From Amoebophrya sp. A120 (lineage: Eukaryota; Protista; Dinoflagellata): 64,000 bases of DNA. The first letter of the stretch is position 1. Every line of letters starts with the position of its first letter. Positions 58,427 through 64,000 of the stretch are shown here, one piece after another. A program made the position numbers and the translations under genes. The stretch covers positions 10,458,146-10,522,145 of the forward strand of contig CAJINV010000002.1 in the NCBI GenBank assembly GCA_905178155.1, given 5' to 3'. The notes below the pieces were generated by a model, which searched no databases, was not told the DNA's origin, and saw nothing but the letters and a program-made list of their open reading frames with translations.

Positions 58427-61400
58427 TCAAAGTTCCGCGCGGTCGTGGCCAGCCGCGGGCGGCGGTGCCCCACCTGCGGCGCTCCTCGGCGAGCGGCCGC
58501 TCCCCTTGCCCGGACCTGTTCGGGGCCGACCCGGACCCCCGCGCTTGTTATTGTCCTCGTCGTAGTATCCGCGAGGCTTCTTTCGGCGCTGCGCCGAGGC
58601 GCCGGGGGACTTCTTTTTGGAAGCCGCGTCGCTGAGCTCGCTGAACTCCTCGGCGACGATGTCGTCGAGCTGCTGCTGTCGCGTTACCGCGTTGGTCTCC
58701 ACCCACTGGGCCAGCTCCGTCAGGTTTGCGGGCGACATTTCGTTCACATTCTTCACGAACAATCCCGCAAACAGTACTAGGAAAGTCAGGAAGAGGAACA
58801 GACAGCAGCAGGCCGAGCCACAGGAGCAGGTACCCCCCGACGTGGAAGATGCGCCGGCCTTCGCGCCCCGATCGCCAGCGCTCCCCGGACCAAGGTGCAC
58901 GGTGTAGTCCCCACTGGCAGACAGAGCCGTGGCAGGCCCGCTAAAGGCCACGCACTGCACCGCGAGCTGGTGGATGGGCTTCTTCGCGCTACCGCACATC
59001 TCCAGCTTCTTGAACGGCATCAGGCCTGCGCGGTAGCCGGCAACGTCGAGGGAGTACCTGTTGTAAGTTGTTTTCTCTTTAGGTAGCGGGCGAAAGAAAA
59101 GGAGCACGCAGAGGCACCACGATAAATCAGAATCACAAAACTGATGAAGCAACAAAAGACAAAATCCAAACAAAAATGTACAAATTTTTGTGCCCCTGGA
59201 CAAATCCGCACATCATCCGGTTTTTCTGGAGATTGATGCGCAGTGCGGAGCATGGCTTCGGATCGGTGTTTACTTGTATCGCGCATTTGGGTTCCTTTGC
59301 AGCCTTCCAGATACCCAGCTGTTATGCGATGATTAAAAGAGAGAATAAAAATGACAATGAGATGAAACTGCAGTAATTATTCATGGTCTCCGATTCAACT
59401 CGTTCCTTGTTCTCGATTCCTTGCAGCGACGTGAACTTTTGCTTCCTCACGTTATTTTCCGACTAAACAATAGTTTCAAAAAAACAAAGACACGACTTCT
59501 TCCTACCATCGCAGGGCCCCTGGGACCCGCGGCACTGAGGAGCACACTGTCTTCAGTCAAGAAGTGCGGGAACTTGAGAGTCATCGGGCTCGGCTGCTGC
59601 ACATCAGGGTCGTTCCATACTATTTTCGACACTTGTTCGCCCGTATCGATACGCCAGACGCAACAGCTGCGGTCTTCAGAAACCGTGGCGACAAGCCTGT
59701 TGTGTGCAGTTCGTGCTCGTGGTCGTGCATAAATCCTGATAAAAATACGGAAAAAACTTTCCGTGTTTTAAATCGTCCTCATCCTCATCGACAAGATCGA
59801 AAAAAGGGTGCTAGGAAGTACACAACCAAAAAGGAAACTGAAAAGAATCATGCCGATAGTCGCATCGTACTTTTCGTCTGGGGATACGTCCATAGCTTCG
59901 ATTTGCTTTGTGTGTCCCCCAAACTCCACCAGGGGTGTGTTTTTCCAGTCTGGGTAACTCCAGACCTTAGCGACGCCATCCGTTCCCGCTGTTAGAAGAT
60001 AACCCTCGCAGAGACTGTGGAATTTCATTTATTCATCGTGATAAAATAAACCATGTCTCAAAAATACATACATACACGCTCCACGCGGCTCTGCGAGAGG
60101 TTTGTGGTGCTCTAAATTTGACCCTGTCTCCCGGAAAGCGATCCACCCAACGTAGTACGGGCGAGCAAGGGTGTGAAGGAACCCTCTGCGTTCGTGATGT
60201 GGACGAACGCCGCAAGAGGTGAACAAGGATCCTGGAGGTGCCTGGGCCGCCCTTTGCTGGGGGGGGCGACTTAGAGCGCACCGGCGGGCTCTATATCGAT
60301 CCATGCTCCTGATGGCCGCGTCAATGCGTCTTCGCTACGAGCGTCGTGTTGATTGATTTTGCCGCGATCTTTCAATGTCGGCGGCGGGCTACAAGCCTTG
60401 TGCCGCGTTCATCGTGCATCCTGTATTCTAGCGGATGCAACTGCTCCATCTCTCCACAGATAGAGAGAGGAGGGGGGGAATCTACTACGAGCAGGCCCCC
60501 CGATGCCAGGGCAGCCTCTACGGCAGCAACCCGGAGGGCAGACGCGGACGCACGGGAAAGGCGCAGGGACCAGCCCTGCGAGGGCATTGCATGCGTCAAC
60601 GCGCGTAAGTAAGAGCGATGGGGGGCGCAGCCCAATCCTTCGGACGCGGGCCCATGGCTTTCAGGTGCTTGCTAGGTGGCAGGGAGGCGCATGGCAGTCG
60701 CGGGCCTTCGTGTCTCGCACATCTTTGCGCGCTCGCTGCGTGGCCCTGTATTGGCGTCCCGTTGTCGTATGCTCCGGGGCTGCACACGCAACCGATCGGA
60801 TGCGACGGGCATGCCACAGGGGAGGCTACAGGGGCGTGGGCAATGTTTTTAGACGCTGAAGGCGGCGCGCGATGGTCTAGCTGCGAGCTAGACCTGCTGC
60901 GGCGAGCGTTCCACGGACCGAACTAGGCCAGATGCTCCACAGGCCTCGCGTAGCTGAGGCGGATACATTGTCTCACTCTGAGCGCGTTGCCAGTCGGTCC
61001 TGGCATCTGCTGGGTCCTAAAGACAGACCAAGTACTTTTGTGCTCCGAGCACATGGGCTCCCTTCCCTACAAGGGCGGGAATGTCTCAAAAATGAATGTC
61101 GGAGGAGTTGTATGTAGGTAGTCCTAGTCCTCGGAAAAAGAATGTGCAACAGCCCTTGTTCACACTGCTGCCCAAAACAACATCAGCTGTCAGCAACAAG
61201 AGTTCGCACAAAGAGACGTAAGAAAGGAAGTAGTACATCATTAGCTCCTGGCAGCCCGGGTCCTCGCCGCCAGTATATCTGTTTGGCACGGGTTTAACCT
61301 CGCTTTTAAACTCGTGGACCACCTTCATTTTTTCATCTTCTGTTATCTCCAATACGTAGCCCTTGGGTCCCGCGGACACGCACCACAGGTCCTGTTTGGC

Positions 61401-61697
61401 CGAGTACGTGACCTTCGTGGGCAACACCGAGCCCATGTTCATTCGGTCGAGCGTGGTGAATCGCATCTTCTTGTCGGGATGAGAACCGTCGATCGCGTGC
61501 AGGTGTATTTCGTTTGGGATTTCCTTCTTCCCGGCCGCGCCGCCTCCTCCGCACGAGATCGCGTGTCGCCCGTTCTCGCAGCATTCCAGCCCCAGGAGCG
61601 GGTACGGCGCAATGTAGATGTCACGCTGCGGGTCGTAAAGGGGCTGGTTCGAAGCCGTCGACGAAGACGAGCCCCCGCCTTTGGAGGTTGCCGGCAT
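58427..61697 (-). CDS. SEC12: Sec12/PREB-like WD40 type II membrane protein (Sar1 GEF)
   Basis: N-terminal YP...CGGGGAAGKKEIPNEI (K-loop-like GGGG...N), LLTAGTDGVAKVWSYP, GHTKQIEAMDVSPD, ALSASGDYTV, then a TM segment CLFLFLTFLVLFAGLFV and C-terminal RAEL. Five exons reconstructed in frame, including one at about 59180-59317 that is missing from the ORF track. Confidence 0.78.
60030..61237. mobile_element. Long introner-like intron E10 with GC-rich internal sequence
   Basis: Plus-strand ends TAT...ACA with perfect direct repeat tcatt (60025-60029, 61238-61242). Removal gives GCQELMKFHS in frame. No GT-AG solution and no clear TIR. Confidence 0.65.
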
Positions 61698-62626
61698 GAT
61701 GGCTGTTTATGTCTAGCACAACTTCAACTTCGCGGTTGATTTACTTCTTTCCACCGAGGACTACCTCTAGGAAAATTGTATTCTTACTTACCGTTCGGTA
61801 CAGGATAAACGCAACAATTTCAGAGTCAGTGGAATCAATTAAATTGACAGACTGTTTTTTTCATTTACCGCTGTTGTTGTAATAAGGCTTACAACAGCTT
61901 GTGGCGATTGAATTTGCTGTTTCCATAGGTCGGATTCGGAATTTTACCTACACCTACTACTACTTCTACAAATTGTTATAAGTGCTACTATGGGTTAGAA
62001 TATCAACAGAACGCAGCCATCGTTAGATTAGAATACCTCCAGAAGTGCGGGCAAAAATATATGTATGAGAACGAGCAGTAGTGAACTGAGACTGCGTGAC
62101 ACTGCGGGTCATGAATGAAATTCACATTCATTTTGCTGGTATTGTTTTGGTTCTATGCCCTCCCAGTATAGAAGCAAGAGGTCTTGCACAACTCGGTGCA
62201 TGTCTACGGGCAGCTTTCCATCGCAATTTTGCTTCCTAGGCGGAAATTTCTTGAGATCGTTAGCTTCTTCAAATCGAGCTGTTTTGAAATCGCAGCTGTC
62301 TGTGTGGCTAGAACGAACTGCAGGTTTCTTGATGCGAAACACGACACGAAGAACGCAAACAGAACGAGCATGATAGATATGGACGAGACGAAACTACAAT
62401 TCGACGAACAACTTTTGCCGGGCAAATAAATATGACAACACACGCAAAGTTGTACGTGATGCACCTGCAAACAGACTGATAAGGATTGACTTCACAGCGC
62501 GTTAGAAATTAGTTGGATTTTAGTCTTTTTGTTGTTGAATACGCATCTGGTGACATACGGACATGCAGATGCTCTTCATCGCATCAAACAGGCACAAATC
62601 GGAAATAGTACAGATCCCGGCTACTG

Positions 62627-64000
62627 CTACCTGGGCAGAATGCGGAACAGTGTGACACTAGCGATTCCGCCCGTGGCATCGAGCACTTCGAACGCCGCGC
62701 CCTCCTTTTCCCAGTAATACGTGGTCGTGGCAAACGCGGGCTGTGGTATTCTCCGCATGCAGGACCCTTTCGCGTTCTTCGCAAGCACGTCGCGCATCTT
62801 CCAGCTGGGATCGATGGTACAGGGGCGACCGAGAAACCCGCTGCCATCCAACTCGAAAAAACACCGTTCATACTTGCCAAACAGCGGATGCTCCGGTAGG
62901 TTGGTGTGCAGCCGAATTTGCGTAACCCAGTGGCTCTTACTGCAGAAAATCGCGTCCACACCACGCTGGTGGTACTGGTACGCGTAGAAGTGGTGCCCGG
63001 CCTCGTCTTCGTCGACGTCATCCGGGCAACCGAGTTCGCTCAACACGTCCTGGCACGTGGCACCGAGCCGGATCACACTCACCTTTCATTTTTTGAAGAA
63101 CGACGTTACGATCAGCATCTTCAAGCTGGCCACCCGAAGAACATGAAAAGGCAAGGACATAGGCTAGACGCCTTAATGGCCCTCAATTCACTTCTTCTAC
63201 AAGAATACCGAGGGGCCACAGCAGAGGCAGCTAGGAAAATATCTGCACGACCAGAAGACCCCAAAACATAGATAGTAGTGATCCATCGTGGTCCTTTGAA
63301 AAACGATGCATGAGAGAGTACCCTGGCAGGCTGCTGTATCTGCACCCCTATGCGAAGACGCGCGATGGCCTTCGGTCTTGGGGGCAGCGGCTCCAGCTGC
63401 AGTACTTTGTTTGTGTCCTGCGCAAGATCTTCGGCCTCTGGTGCCATTTGTTGATGGCCCGGCAACACCCACAAGCGCGAGGCGATGTCCGCCTCCCCTC
63501 TGATTTCGTCTTTTACAGCAGGATCTTGATCTTGTAGAGTTCGAGACAAGGGAGACGATGCACCACCACCATCCCGGGCTCCTTCGATGTGCACTGCCAA
63601 TCCCTCAGGAAATCGGAGAACTTCCTCGTGCTCCTTTTCCGCCTGCCTTCCCACTGTGGTCAGCGCGCGACTTAAGAGGTCGGAGGCCGCACTTCCTAAT
63701 GTCTTCGATGTAGGTCGGAAAACCGCACTGCTCCTGCCCGGGACGCCGGATGACAACTCCCAACCACATCCGAAAAGTTCCTGAATTCGTCCTTTTGTTA
63801 CCAGATCGGTGCCCAGCGAAAAAAACGGCTCGTGGTTGTACGAGAAGCAGACTGCTGGCTTCTGCAATCTCCGCCCTGCAACGTTACTAGTTCCCTTTGA
63901 GGATAGCACGTCCCCTGCTGCTGCCGGTGATGCAAGACCCCCGCCCGAGAAAGCTGCCGGACCTTCGTCGCCCTCGTGATCGTGCGCGGACCCAAAACTC
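62627..64000 (-). CDS. UPF0183/PHAF1 (C16orf70)-like protein, 5' end outside the window
   Basis: LGATCQDVLSELGCPD...YAYQYHQRGVDAIF...VTQIRLHTNLPEHPLFGKYERCFF matches the family signature 'QDVLxxLGxP...YFYNY...GxDxLF...LHTNxPGHxxFxxYxRC' (recalled). Upstream exon in ORF 63121-63909. Confidence 0.78.

Noticed and set aside
60029-61117. Short ORFs inside E10 as a transposase
   Set aside because: All are under 120 aa, Arg/Ala/Pro-rich, with no DDE, RT or recombinase motif visible.
1-64000. Bacterial operon interpretation, rRNA or tRNA genes
   Set aside because: The genes are eukaryote-specific and contain introns. No rRNA or tRNA sequence was recognisable by eye.

Overview
This is compact eukaryotic genomic DNA, not prokaryotic. 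About 17 genes, most containing introns, all lie on the minus strand across the whole 64 kb. Recognisable products are DNA polymerase delta catalytic subunit (POLD1), a DEAD-box helicase, an MFS transporter, a Sec12/PREB-like WD40 protein, an EEF1AKMT4-like methyltransferase, cold-shock/RRM proteins, a TPR protein, a PHAF1/UPF0183 protein, a Sec14-like protein and a ~4,700-aa protein with two unfamiliar repeat arrays. The co-orientation, fast-evolving proteins and non-canonical introns suggest a dinoflagellate-lineage parasite such as Amoebophrya (inference). The main signal is a set of 10 intron-forming insertions (introner/MITE-like), five of them in POLD1. They have TAT...ATA termini (occasionally TGT/CAT or ACA), 5-bp direct repeats that are perfect in six copies, terminal inverted repeats that differ from copy to copy, and a shared internal motif GCAT(C/G/T)ACAAAT in the better-preserved copies. 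Removing each element plus one 5-bp repeat restores the reading frame, yet 8 of the 10 cannot be excised precisely with GT-AG boundaries. All gene models and alignments were made by eye.
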